Shown piece by piece: positions 9,939-18,450 of a DNA stretch of 64,000 nucleotides. Under the pieces are notes generated by a model. It was not told where the DNA came from, did no database searches, and saw only the letters and a list, made by a program, of their open reading frames with translations. Source of the DNA: Gammaproteobacteria bacterium (lineage in GTDB: Bacteria > Pseudomonadota > Gammaproteobacteria > Chromatiales > Chromatiaceae); assembly GCA_037385505.1 (NCBI GenBank), contig JARRMY010000001.1, positions 7,025-71,024 on the forward strand. The letters run 5' to 3'. How positions within the stretch are numbered: the first letter of the stretch is position 1; each line of letters begins with the position of its first letter. Both the position numbers and the translations under genes were made by a program.

Positions 9939-10307
9939 ATGGCAGTCGTCGAACTCACCAAAGAAAATTTCGAAGAGACGATCAACGGCAACGATTTCGT
10001 GATCGTCGATTTCTGGGCACCCTGGTGCGGCCCGTGCAAGTCTTTCGCACCGACTTTCCAGAAGGTATCCGAGGAAAACCCGGACATCGTTTTCGCGAAG
10101 GTGAATACGGAAGAAGAGCAGGAGATCGCCGCGCATTTCCAGATCCGCTCGATCCCGACCCTCATGATGTTCCGCGAGCAGATCATCATCTTCAGCCAGC
10201 CCGGCGCTCTGCCGGAATCGGCCTTCGCGGATATCGTCCAGCGCGCATCCGAGCTGAACATGGCGGACATCCGCAAGCAGATCGAGGAAGAGCAGAAAAA
10301 CGCCTGA
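9939..10307 (+). CDS. Thioredoxin
   Basis: 122 aa with the WAPWCGPCK active site. Confidence 0.9.
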   Translation: MAVVELTKENFEETINGNDFVIVDFWAPWCGPCKSFAPTFQKVSEENPDIVFAKVNTEEEQEIAAHFQIRSIPTLMMFREQIIIFSQPGALPESAFADIVQRASELNMADIRKQIEEEQKNA

Positions 10308-10315
10308 TGCGCACC

Positions 10316-10342
10316 CCGTCCCGGCGGAAATCGCCGGGACGG
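10316..10342. terminator. GC-rich hairpin between convergent genes (probable bidirectional terminator)
   Basis: Perfect 11-bp stem CCGTCCCGGCG / CGCCGGGACGG with loop GAAAT. No strong T-run. Confidence 0.5.
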
Positions 10343-10362
10343 CGGGCAGATTTATCTGGCAG

Positions 10363-11688
10363 TCAGTCGGCGGCCGCGATCTTCGCCTTCCAGTACGCCG
10401 CCTGGTGCTTCACGGCCGCGACGTCGAGCGTCGTGTGCCTGCCTTCCTTGAGCAACTGCCTGCCGTTGATCCAGACATCCGAGACCTGATCGCGGCCTGC
10501 CGAATAGACCAGTTGCGAGACCGGATCGTAGACAGGCCCGGTGGCGAGGTGATCCAGGTTCACGGCAACCAGGTCGGCCGCCTTGCCGGTTTCGATCGAA
10601 CCGGTTCTCGTGTCCAGCCCCAGGGCTCTTGCTCCATTGAGCGTTGCCGCCTTCAGCGTTTCGAAGGCCGGCAGCGCCTGTGCGCTCCTGCCGACAGCCT
10701 TGGCCATGAGCGACGCCGTGCGCATTTCACCGAACATGTCGAGATCGTTGTTGCTCGCGGCACCGTCGGTGCCGAGCGCGACATTGATGCCGGCCTGGCG
10801 CAGTTTCTCCACGGGGGCGAAGCCGCTCGCCAGTTTCATGTTGGACTCGACGCAGTGGATCATGTGCAGACCGGACTCGGCGCAGAGATCGATCTCCTCG
10901 TCGGTCAGCTGCGTCATGTGCACCGCCATGAGCTGCGGGCTCAGCAGGCCCAGACGGTTCAGACGTTCCAGCGGGCGCACGCCGAACTGCTCGAGACTGC
11001 CGACGATTTCGTCATGGGTCTCGTGTACATGCATGTGGATCGGAATTTCGAGCTCGTCGGCCAGTGTGCGAATGCGCCCGAGCGCCGCATCCGAAGTGGT
11101 GTAGGGCGCATGCGGCGCGAAGGCCGTGCTGACGAGTTCGTCGCCGCGGTAGTTGTCGTGCAGCGCGAGTCCCTTGTTGATGTAGTCGTCGGGCCCGTCG
11201 CCCCAGGCTGACGGAAAGTCGAAGACGATGAGGCCGACCGTCGCGCGCATGCCTTCCTGCCGGGCGACCGCCGCCGTGATATTCGGAAAGAAGTACATGT
11301 CGTTGAAGCAGGTGGTGCCGCCACGGAGCATTTCGGCGATGGCGAGGCGCGTGCCGTCCCTGATGAACTGTTCGCCGACCCAGTGCTGTTCGGCAGGCCA
11401 GATGTGCTCGTTGAGCCAGGTCATCAGCGGCAGGTCGTCGGCCAGGCCGCGAAACAGCGACATGGCCGTGTGGGTGTGGGTGTTGATCAGTCCCGGGATC
11501 AGCACATGCGTTTCCAGGCGGTGCTCTTTCCCGGCCGCGTAGCGCTCCCCGGCATCGCCGGAGGGGAGGATGTCAATGATGTCGCCGCCCTTGACGACGA
11601 CGCTGTGATGCTCCAGGTAACGCCGGTCGCCGCTGACGGGAACCACCCAGCGGGCGTGAATCAGTGTGTCTGCGGATCTTTTTTCCAT
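10363..11688 (-). CDS. mtaD: Amidohydrolase, 5-methylthioadenosine/S-adenosylhomocysteine deaminase-like
   Basis: The start at internal ATG 11688 gives MEKRSADTLIHARWVVPV. HTHTAMSLFRGLADD metal-binding motif. Divergent from mtnA. Confidence 0.8.
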   Translation of the reverse strand: MEKRSADTLIHARWVVPVSGDRRYLEHHSVVVKGGDIIDILPSGDAGERYAAGKEHRLETHVLIPGLINTHTHTAMSLFRGLADDLPLMTWLNEHIWPAEQHWVGEQFIRDGTRLAIAEMLRGGTTCFNDMYFFPNITAAVARQEGMRATVGLIVFDFPSAWGDGPDDYINKGLALHDNYRGDELVSTAFAPHAPYTTSDAALGRIRTLADELEIPIHMHVHETHDEIVGSLEQFGVRPLERLNRLGLLSPQLMAVHMTQLTDEEIDLCAESGLHMIHCVESNMKLASGFAPVEKLRQAGINVALGTDGAASNNDLDMFGEMRTASLMAKAVGRSAQALPAFETLKAATLNGARALGLDTRTGSIETGKAADLVAVNLDHLATGPVYDPVSQLVYSAGRDQVSDVWINGRQLLKEGRHTTLDVAAVKHQAAYWKAKIAAAD

Positions 11689-11740
11689 GGTGGCTGGCAG
11701 ATTTGGCACAATACGCGCAAATTCCAACAGGATACCAAAG

Positions 11741-12787
11741 ATGCGTACGCTGATGCTCGACGAGCCCGCCGATCCGAACCAGGCCATCGTCTGGAGCGAC
11801 AACCGGCTGCTGTTGCTCGACCAGCGCGTCCTGCCTGCCGAGGAGCGCTATGTCGAGTTGCACGACGCCCGCGATACCGCCGCGGCCATTCGCGACATGG
11901 TCGTGCGTGGCGCGCCTGCGATCGGCATCACGGCCGCCTACGGCGTCGTGCTCTCCGTCTTGCGGCATGGCGAGGCATGGAGGATGCAGCTGCCGGCGGA
12001 CATCGAGCTCCTGGCCGCTGCCCGGCCGACCGCCGTCAACCTCTTCTGGGCGCTGAAGCGCATGCGTGCCGTCGCCGACGCGATCGAGGGCGCCGATGCG
12101 GCCCGCAGGCTGCTCCAGGAGGCGCGCGCCATTCACACCGAGGACCTGCTCGCCAACCGTCTCATGGGTGATCTCGGGGCGCAGCTCATCACGCAGACGA
12201 CATCCGTGATCACCCACTGCAATGCGGGCGCGCTCGCGACCGGCGGTTACGGCACGGCGCTCGGGGTCATCCGCTCGGCCCATGCGCAGGGCCGGATCGC
12301 GCATGTCTATGCCGACGAGACCCGTCCGTGGCTGCAGGGCACGCGCCTGACCGCCTGGGAGCTGAACCGCGACAACATTCCCGTCTCCGTCATCGCCGAT
12401 TCCGCCGCCGCTGCGCGTATGGCGGCCGGCGGCGTGGGCTGGGTCATCGTCGGTTCCGACAGGATCGCCGCGAACGGCGATGTCGCCAACAAGATCGGCA
12501 CCCTGCAGTTGGCCATCGCGGCGAAGCATTTCGGCGTGAAGGTCATGGTGGCCGCGCCCACCTCGACAATCGATTTCGACATGCCGTCGGGGGAGGGGAT
12601 TCCGGTGGAGCAGCGCGCGCCTGAAGAGGTGATGCAGTGCGCCGGTCAGCGCATCGGCGCGCCGGGCGTGGGCGCCTGGAACCCGGTATTCGACGTGACG
12701 CCGGCGGCGCTCGTCGATGCCATCGTGACCGAGAAGGGCGTCGTCACCCGCCCGACCGCTGGTAAAATGCGCGCCGTCTTCTCCTGA
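11741..12787 (+). CDS. mtnA: S-methyl-5-thioribose-1-phosphate isomerase
   Basis: The ATG at 11741 gives MRTLMLDEP...VWSDNRLLLLDQRVLP. RGAPAIGITAAYG motif of the eIF-2B/MtnA family. Confidence 0.85.
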   Translation: MRTLMLDEPADPNQAIVWSDNRLLLLDQRVLPAEERYVELHDARDTAAAIRDMVVRGAPAIGITAAYGVVLSVLRHGEAWRMQLPADIELLAAARPTAVNLFWALKRMRAVADAIEGADAARRLLQEARAIHTEDLLANRLMGDLGAQLITQTTSVITHCNAGALATGGYGTALGVIRSAHAQGRIAHVYADETRPWLQGTRLTAWELNRDNIPVSVIADSAAAARMAAGGVGWVIVGSDRIAANGDVANKIGTLQLAIAAKHFGVKVMVAAPTSTIDFDMPSGEGIPVEQRAPEEVMQCAGQRIGAPGVGAWNPVFDVTPAALVDAIVTEKGVVTRPTAGKMRAVFS

Positions 12788-12790
12788 GGG

Positions 12791-13168
12791 CTATTCCAGC
12801 AGTTCCCGCATCTGCGCCTCGCCGGCCGGCTGCTGCAGCACGGCGTGGACAGGGAAGAGTTCCCTGAGCTTCTCCACATACGGCATCTCCTGCTTCGTCG
12901 CCAGGAGGATCACCCTGGCGTGCGGTGCGTATTTCGGCAGCGAAGCGAGCATGACGTCGAGGTTACTGAGGTTTACGCCGGCGTAGTTGTTGCCGTAACC
13001 GTAGAAGAACTCGGCGACGATGTAGTCGGGCGCGCGCTTCTTGAGCTGGCTGATGGCCTTGCGCATGCTTTCCACACGCACCTGTTCGAAGCCGAGACTC
13101 CTGTACAGCCCGCCGAAATTCGGATGCGTCGGTGACTCGATGATCGAGAGCAGCAGTCTGTCAGCCAT
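12791..13168 (-). CDS. Stand-alone receiver-fold-like protein (pseudo-receiver lacking the acid pocket)
   Basis: 125 aa. By-eye alignment to CheY gives beta1 LLLSIIES, beta3 DYIVAEFF, beta4 VILLATKQ and beta5 HAVLQQP. Lies 9 nt downstream of the coiled-coil gene. Confidence 0.45.
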   Translation of the reverse strand: MADRLLLSIIESPTHPNFGGLYRSLGFEQVRVESMRKAISQLKKRAPDYIVAEFFYGYGNNYAGVNLSNLDVMLASLPKYAPHARVILLATKQEMPYVEKLRELFPVHAVLQQPAGEAQMRELLE

Positions 13169-13177
13169 GTCGCGGAA

Positions 13178-14629
13178 TCAGGGGCACTCGTCCTGGCGGA
13201 AGTAGTAGTCGTACCTGTGCAGTCTCTGCGTCAGGCTCCAGGCCTTGCTGTGCGACAGGTTCTCGCCCTGCGGGAACACCACCTTGACGTAGAGATCGCT
13301 GCAGTGATCGCGCGAGGATTCCGCCAGCAGTGACTCTGCATCCTCGACGGAGAGCCAGCGAAAGGCGCTGTCCTCGGGGCGTTTCGTCAGGAAACCGTCC
13401 GCGCCATCCTGGCGCGTGTAGCGCATCTCGACAATGTACTTGCCCTGGTTCGTGCGCGCCGGCTTGAAGAGCTTGTCGTACTTCTGTTTCAGGTCGTCAT
13501 ACTCGGTCTCGAGTTCTGTCAGGTTCTGCTGCGAACTCGTGAAGCGCTGGCGGACCTCCTCGATCTCCTGCTGCCGGCTGGCGTAGTCCTGTTGCAGTGT
13601 CTCCAGTCTGGAGGTCGCCTCGGAGAGTTCGGCCTCCTTCCCGGACAGACTGCCTTGCAGCTTGCTGATCGATGCCGTCAGGGTTTCGAGCTGGTTCCTG
13701 AGTCGCTCGGTCTCGCGCTTGAGTTGCGAGCGTTCATCGCCGAGGGCGCCGATCGTCTCCTGCTGTTCCGCGAGGGCGGCATCCTTCTGCTGCGCAACGG
13801 CCCGCGCCTCGGTGAGCAGGTCGTTCGTGGTGGCGATCTGCTCGCGCAGGTTTGCGGCAAGCAGGTCCGATTTCTGCTGTTGCTCCTCGAGGTTGCTGAT
13901 CCGGATGTCGCGTTTCTGCAGCTCGTCCGCGAGCTGGCGATTGTCGCTTTCGAGCTGTTGCCTGCTCTGCTGCATGGCCTCGAGCTGGCTGCGGTATTGC
14001 GCGTTGCTGACGGTCATGCGTTCGAGTTGCGTGCGGGTGGCCTGGAGTTCATTCGTCGTCCGGTCGAGGTCGTCCCGGGTCGCCTCGAGCCTGCCACGGC
14101 TCGCTTCGAGTTGCTGGTCGACCTGCGCCTTCTGCTGCTGCAGCCTGTCGAGCCTGGTTGCGAGTTCATCGCTCCTCGTCGCCTGCTGCTGCAATTGCGC
14201 GGTGGCATTGGCGAGTTCCGCGTTGGTGCTGTCGAGCCGCTCCTGCAGGTTGTCGCGGTTCAGGATCAGCCCGCTCTTCTCGGTCTCGAGGGCCGTGATC
14301 GCCTGTTGCTGGCTTTCGGAGCGCGCGATGAGTTCATCGACGCTGTTCTGCAAGGTCGCGACGATGGCGCGGGTATCGGCGAGCTGTTTTTCGAGCGCCT
14401 CCTTGGCCTTGCCGACCTCGAGGGCCTCGGCGGTCGCCTGGCGCTCCGCCTCGAGTGTGAGCTGCAACCTGTTGACGAGTTCCGTGTTCTTCAGCAGCAG
14501 GATGATCATCGCGAGCAGGAAGATCATGACGATCACGGTCATGATATCCGTGAAGGAGGGCCAGAAACTCTCGTTGTGGTCGTCTCCCTCGCGGTTGAGT
14601 CGCAGGTCGACGAAGCCGCCGTCACTCAT
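13178..14629 (-). CDS. TolR/ExbD/MotB-like Asp-bearing membrane anchor fused to a long coiled coil and a small C-terminal domain
   Basis: 483 aa. N-terminal WPSFTDIMTVIVMIFLLAMIILLL, then about 330 aa of Q/E/L/R-rich heptad-like sequence, then about 100 aa containing the only two Cys residues. The start overlaps the upstream gene's stop by 8 nt. Confidence 0.6.
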   Translation of the reverse strand: MSDGGFVDLRLNREGDDHNESFWPSFTDIMTVIVMIFLLAMIILLLKNTELVNRLQLTLEAERQATAEALEVGKAKEALEKQLADTRAIVATLQNSVDELIARSESQQQAITALETEKSGLILNRDNLQERLDSTNAELANATAQLQQQATRSDELATRLDRLQQQKAQVDQQLEASRGRLEATRDDLDRTTNELQATRTQLERMTVSNAQYRSQLEAMQQSRQQLESDNRQLADELQKRDIRISNLEEQQQKSDLLAANLREQIATTNDLLTEARAVAQQKDAALAEQQETIGALGDERSQLKRETERLRNQLETLTASISKLQGSLSGKEAELSEATSRLETLQQDYASRQQEIEEVRQRFTSSQQNLTELETEYDDLKQKYDKLFKPARTNQGKYIVEMRYTRQDGADGFLTKRPEDSAFRWLSVEDAESLLAESSRDHCSDLYVKVVFPQGENLSHSKAWSLTQRLHRYDYYFRQDECP

Positions 14630-15557
14630 CTTTTTGCGATCCGAGCCTGAAACCGTCGCGCAGGATCTCCTTGACCTCGCTGAGGTCCCGGGGCATGGCT
14701 TCGGTCTGTTTCTTGAAGCTGACGGCCGCCTGCGCCATCGCCTCTTCCATGGACATGAACTGGTTGTGCGAGGCTTCCATCTTCCTGACGAGCTGCTGCA
14801 GCATGCGCAGCAGGCCCGTGAACTCGTAGATAACGTTGTCGTTCGTGACCTGGAACTTGGGTGCCAGGTACGCCGTGGTGGTCTGTTCGATGCCGCTCAT
14901 GAGATTCGTCTGCACGTTCGTCAGCTTCAGGTAGAAATAGCCAAAGTAGAGATAGCAGGCGATGGCCGTCATGGTCGTCGACAGCGCCGTCGACATGCCG
15001 TGGATGACCATGCCCATGCCGCCGGACTCGATGGAGTTCTCGAGCATGTCGGAGGCGCCGAGCAGGGCGATCGAGAGCGAGATGATCGTGCCGAAGACAC
15101 CGAGCAGGATCAGGATGTTGTTGATGAAGCGCGGCAGGTTCACGCGCGTGCTCTCCTGCGCCAGCAGCGCGGAGGCGAGGGCGCCGTGGTTGATGGGCGT
15201 GCGGCTCTCGTAGAGTCGCTGCATGGTAATGTAGCGACGGCTGATCATGCTGCTGGCCGGCACCTCGTGCAGGGGGTTCTGCGGCTCCTCCTGCATGTTG
15301 CGGATGAAACGGCCGAGCGCGCGCTCCTCGCGCGCGTAGCCGATCAGCGACGCCATGATCCGCAAGACGCCGAGCAGGAAGAGAATGACGATTGCGCTGT
15401 TGATGATGATACCGATCGCGGAGAGCGAGTGGTTCAGGTAGATCTCCTGAATATTGCCGAACTGCCATAAAATCAACGCGATTGCGATAGCGCCGAGCAG
15501 CAGCATCTGAATGAGCACCGAGCTGCTGTAACGGCGGCGATACTGAATGATGTCCAA
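14622..15557 (-). CDS. MotA/TolQ/ExbB-family proton-channel-like protein (4 TM)
   Basis: TM3-TM4 segment FINNILILLGVFGTIISLSIALLG...GMSTALSTTMTAIACYLYFGYF. Start is uncertain. TTG at 15557 has GGAGAG 7 nt upstream; the alternatives are ATG at 15599 (longest ORF) and ATG at 15506 (MLLLGAIAIALILW, MotA-like N-terminus). Confidence 0.6.
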   Translation of the reverse strand: MDIIQYRRRYSSSVLIQMLLLGAIAIALILWQFGNIQEIYLNHSLSAIGIIINSAIVILFLLGVLRIMASLIGYAREERALGRFIRNMQEEPQNPLHEVPASSMISRRYITMQRLYESRTPINHGALASALLAQESTRVNLPRFINNILILLGVFGTIISLSIALLGASDMLENSIESGGMGMVIHGMSTALSTTMTAIACYLYFGYFYLKLTNVQTNLMSGIEQTTTAYLAPKFQVTNDNVIYEFTGLLRMLQQLVRKMEASHNQFMSMEEAMAQAAVSFKKQTEAMPRDLSEVKEILRDGFRLGSQKDE

Positions 15558-15605
15558 ACCTGAACTCTCCGGTCGTAAATTCTGCGGAAATAGTATCATA
15601 GAAGC

Positions 15606-16847
15606 ATGCAGCCGATTCCAGGTCACGACATCAACGAAACGCGTACGCATCTGCTCGACTTCCTCGCCGCCGCGATCGCGGCCGTGGTTCCCGAAAGCGG
15701 CGTCAGGGAACGTCTCGAGAGAGAGAAAAGCGCGGCCCCGGGCTTTGCCGTCGCGGCCATTGGCAAGGCCGCCGGCATCATGATGCAAGGCGCGCTCGAG
15801 GCGCTCGGCGATGGCGTGTCAGATACACTCGTCATCACTGCGCCGGCCTACGCGGGCTCTGTGCCCGAAGGCGTCCGCTTCGTGGCCGGCAATCATCCGG
15901 TGCCCGATGCCTCGAGTCTCGCCGCGGGAGCGGCGTTGCTCGATTTCCTGGCAGCGCAGCCGCCGGAAATCGAGCTCGTTTTCCTGATCTCCGGCGGTGC
16001 CTCGGCGATGGTCGAGGCGCTCGAGCCGCATGTCACGCCGGATCAGCTGCAGCAGGCGACAGAGTGGATGCTCGCCAACGGGCTGGATATCCGGCAGACC
16101 AACCTCGTGCGCAAGTGTCTCTCGGCAATCAAGGGAGGCAAGCTGCTGCGCCATTTCGACAACGCAGCGCTGGTGTTGCTGGTCTCGGACGTCCCCGGTG
16201 ACGACCCTGCCGATATCGGGTCCGGACTCTTGTCGCCCGATCCGCGCATTTCGGAGGTGCAGTCGCTCCAGCTGCCGGCGTGGCTGCAGGATGTCGTCAG
16301 GGTCCCGGAAATCCCTGCCGGGCGCGACAATGTCCGGATCGAGATCATCGCCTCGAATGGCATCGCCCGGGAGGCGGCCGCGCAAGCGGCCAGGGAAGCG
16401 GGTTTTCCTGTCGAGGTTCACGCGGACTTCGTCTGCGGCGATACCGGCGAGGTTGCGCGCGAGATCGTGCGCTACCTGCTCGATGAGGCGCCGCCCGGCA
16501 TGCATGTGTGGGGCGGCGAGACCAGCGTCAGGCTGCCGCAGAATCCCGGTACGGGCGGCCGCAACCAGCAGCTCGCCCTGCAGGTCGCGCACCTCATCGC
16601 CGGAAGCGACAACTGCTGTTTCCTGTCGGCCGGAACGGATGGCATCGACGGCCTTTCAGAGGATGCCGGCGCCATCGTCGACGGAGGCACCATCGAGCGC
16701 GGCGAGAGCGAGGGGCTGCATGTCGAGGATGCGCTGGCGCGCGCCGATGCCAATCCTTTCCTCGCCGCCAGCGGCGACCTCATTCATCTCGGCGCGACCG
16801 GCACCAACGTCATGGATATCCTGCTTGCCTGGAAGAGCGACGCATGA
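15606..16847 (+). CDS. Glycerate 2-kinase / hydroxypyruvate reductase family protein (DUF4147 + MOFRL)
   Basis: 413 aa with AVAAIGKAAGIMMQGA near the N-terminus and GGETSVRLP..GTGGRNQQLAL in the C-terminal MOFRL-like part. Confidence 0.75.
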   Translation: MQPIPGHDINETRTHLLDFLAAAIAAVVPESGVRERLEREKSAAPGFAVAAIGKAAGIMMQGALEALGDGVSDTLVITAPAYAGSVPEGVRFVAGNHPVPDASSLAAGAALLDFLAAQPPEIELVFLISGGASAMVEALEPHVTPDQLQQATEWMLANGLDIRQTNLVRKCLSAIKGGKLLRHFDNAALVLLVSDVPGDDPADIGSGLLSPDPRISEVQSLQLPAWLQDVVRVPEIPAGRDNVRIEIIASNGIAREAAAQAAREAGFPVEVHADFVCGDTGEVAREIVRYLLDEAPPGMHVWGGETSVRLPQNPGTGGRNQQLALQVAHLIAGSDNCCFLSAGTDGIDGLSEDAGAIVDGGTIERGESEGLHVEDALARADANPFLAASGDLIHLGATGTNVMDILLAWKSDA

Positions 16848-17650
16848 CGGAACTCTTCGAGGCAGCGGCGCATTGCCTGCGCGAGACGCTTCCTGATGCC
16901 AAGTGCGACTGCACCGTGAGACTGTTCCGGCAGTGGCAGGCGGACGAGGTGACCCTCGGGCCGGACGACAAGGCGATCAGGATCGACGAGCCGGGAAGGC
17001 CGCAGCATCCCGAGCTGGTACACCCGCGGGACCTGCCGCGCCGCTCGCTCGGCAGCGACGAAGGCCGGGCCGCGCTGATTCATGCCATCGCGCACATCGA
17101 ATTCAACGCCATCAACCTGGCGCTCGATGCCATTGTGCGTTTTCGCGGCATGCCGCGCGACTACTACGGCGACTGGCTCAGGGTGGCGGCCGAGGAGGCC
17201 AGCCATTTCCGCCTGCTGTCGAGGCGTCTCGCGACACTCGGTTACGCCTACGGCGACTTCAAGGCGCACAACGGCCTCTGGGACATGGCGTTGCGCACGA
17301 GCGGCAGCCTGCTCGACCGCATGGCGCTGGTGCCTCGTCTCATGGAGGCGCGCGGTCTCGACGTGACGCCAGGCATGATCAAGCGCTTCAGGAAACTCGG
17401 CGATACGCAAACGGTCGCTATCCTCGAAATCATCCTCGAGGAGGAGATCGGCCATGTCGAGGCCGGCACGCGCTGGTTCCACTATCTCTGCGAGCGGGAG
17501 GGTCTCGACCCGGAAGAGAGCTATTTCGACAGGCTGCAGCACTATCTCGGCCGCGATCTCCACTGCCCCGTTCACTACGCGGCACGACTGCAGGCCGGCT
17601 TCTCCGAATCCGAACTCGAACGACTCGAGGAACTATGTACAAGACGCTGA
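16844..17650 (+). CDS. DUF455 ferritin-like family protein
   Basis: The ATG at 16844 overlaps the upstream stop (ATGA). HAIAHIEFNAINLALD and EEEIGHVEAG di-iron-like motifs. Confidence 0.65.
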   Translation: MTELFEAAAHCLRETLPDAKCDCTVRLFRQWQADEVTLGPDDKAIRIDEPGRPQHPELVHPRDLPRRSLGSDEGRAALIHAIAHIEFNAINLALDAIVRFRGMPRDYYGDWLRVAAEEASHFRLLSRRLATLGYAYGDFKAHNGLWDMALRTSGSLLDRMALVPRLMEARGLDVTPGMIKRFRKLGDTQTVAILEIILEEEIGHVEAGTRWFHYLCEREGLDPEESYFDRLQHYLGRDLHCPVHYAARLQAGFSESELERLEELCTRR

Positions 17651-18330
17651 TTTACCTACTTCTTATACCAGCCATGATGTTCGCCGCGCCAGCCGCGGCA
17701 GAAACGACCACTACCGATATCCTCGTCTACCGGGTCGAGCCCCGCGACGATTCGCAGGGCTATCTGGCGCGCGTCATGGTGTCTGGCGAGATGCTGCGCA
17801 TGGACGAGATCGGCGACGGGGCAGTGCCGGGCTACACGCTCTACGACCGCGTGGAGCGTTTGATCCTGAGTGTCGATCCGGAGAGCAGGAGCGTCATGCG
17901 GATCGGGCCAGCCACAGAAACGCCTTCCGACCGCGAGGTCGATTTCAGGGTCGAGAGCGAGACGCTCGAGGAGGCGCCAAGGGTCGCCGGCAAAATCCCT
18001 GTCGAATACACTTATGTCGTCAACGGGGAACCCTGCTTCACACTCATCGCCGTCGCTGGCGAAATGGCCGGCGCCATGCAGGCGCTGCGCGAGATGAGCG
18101 CCGCGCTGGCCGAGCGCCACCGGCGCGTCATCGGTTTGGCGAATGATGTCGATGACTGCAAGATGCCGCTCGATGCTTTCGCGCCGGGACAGGAGTACAG
18201 CCGGGGCCTGCTGCTGAGTTTCGTCGGCAGGAGCGAAGTCCGCCAGCTCGTCGAGTTCCAGCGTGGCATCGAGGTCGACGGCGACCTGTTCGAGGAACCG
18301 CCGGGATATCAGAGTCTGCAGATGCCATGA
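17635..18330 (+). CDS. Secreted hypothetical protein
   Basis: The ATG at 17635 gives a signal-peptide-like MYKTLIYLLLIPAMMFAAPAAA. Overlaps the DUF455 gene by 16 nt. The upstream part of the 16903 ORF is discounted. Confidence 0.55.
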   Translation: MYKTLIYLLLIPAMMFAAPAAAETTTTDILVYRVEPRDDSQGYLARVMVSGEMLRMDEIGDGAVPGYTLYDRVERLILSVDPESRSVMRIGPATETPSDREVDFRVESETLEEAPRVAGKIPVEYTYVVNGEPCFTLIAVAGEMAGAMQALREMSAALAERHRRVIGLANDVDDCKMPLDAFAPGQEYSRGLLLSFVGRSEVRQLVEFQRGIEVDGDLFEEPPGYQSLQMP

Positions 18331-18450
18331 ATCCCTGGTTGTGCCTGCTCACGCCGCGTTATTCGACGGCTGCCGGGTGTATGATGATTCCACTTCCTTG
18401 CCTGTCGGACGGATTTACCCGTCCGCAATGACTTTACCGCGGGTGCGAAC

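Noticed and set aside
13592-15470. Long plus-strand ORFs (352 aa and 602 aa) opposite the coiled-coil and MotA-like genes.
   Set aside because: They are antisense shadows of a repetitive GC-rich coding region. Their translations are low-complexity Leu/Ser/Cys/Arg strings with no motifs, whereas the minus-strand frames give coherent TM and coiled-coil proteins.
12791-15599. Classifying the MotA/MotB-like module as a Zorya anti-phage system.
   Set aside because: In Zorya, the long coiled-coil tail is on the MotA-like ZorA and ZorB carries a peptidoglycan-binding domain, with nuclease/helicase-type ZorC/D/E effectors. Here the coiled coil is on the B-type protein, no effector genes are present, and the flanks are housekeeping. 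It is also not Tol-Pal, ExbBD-TonB or a flagellar stator by gene context.
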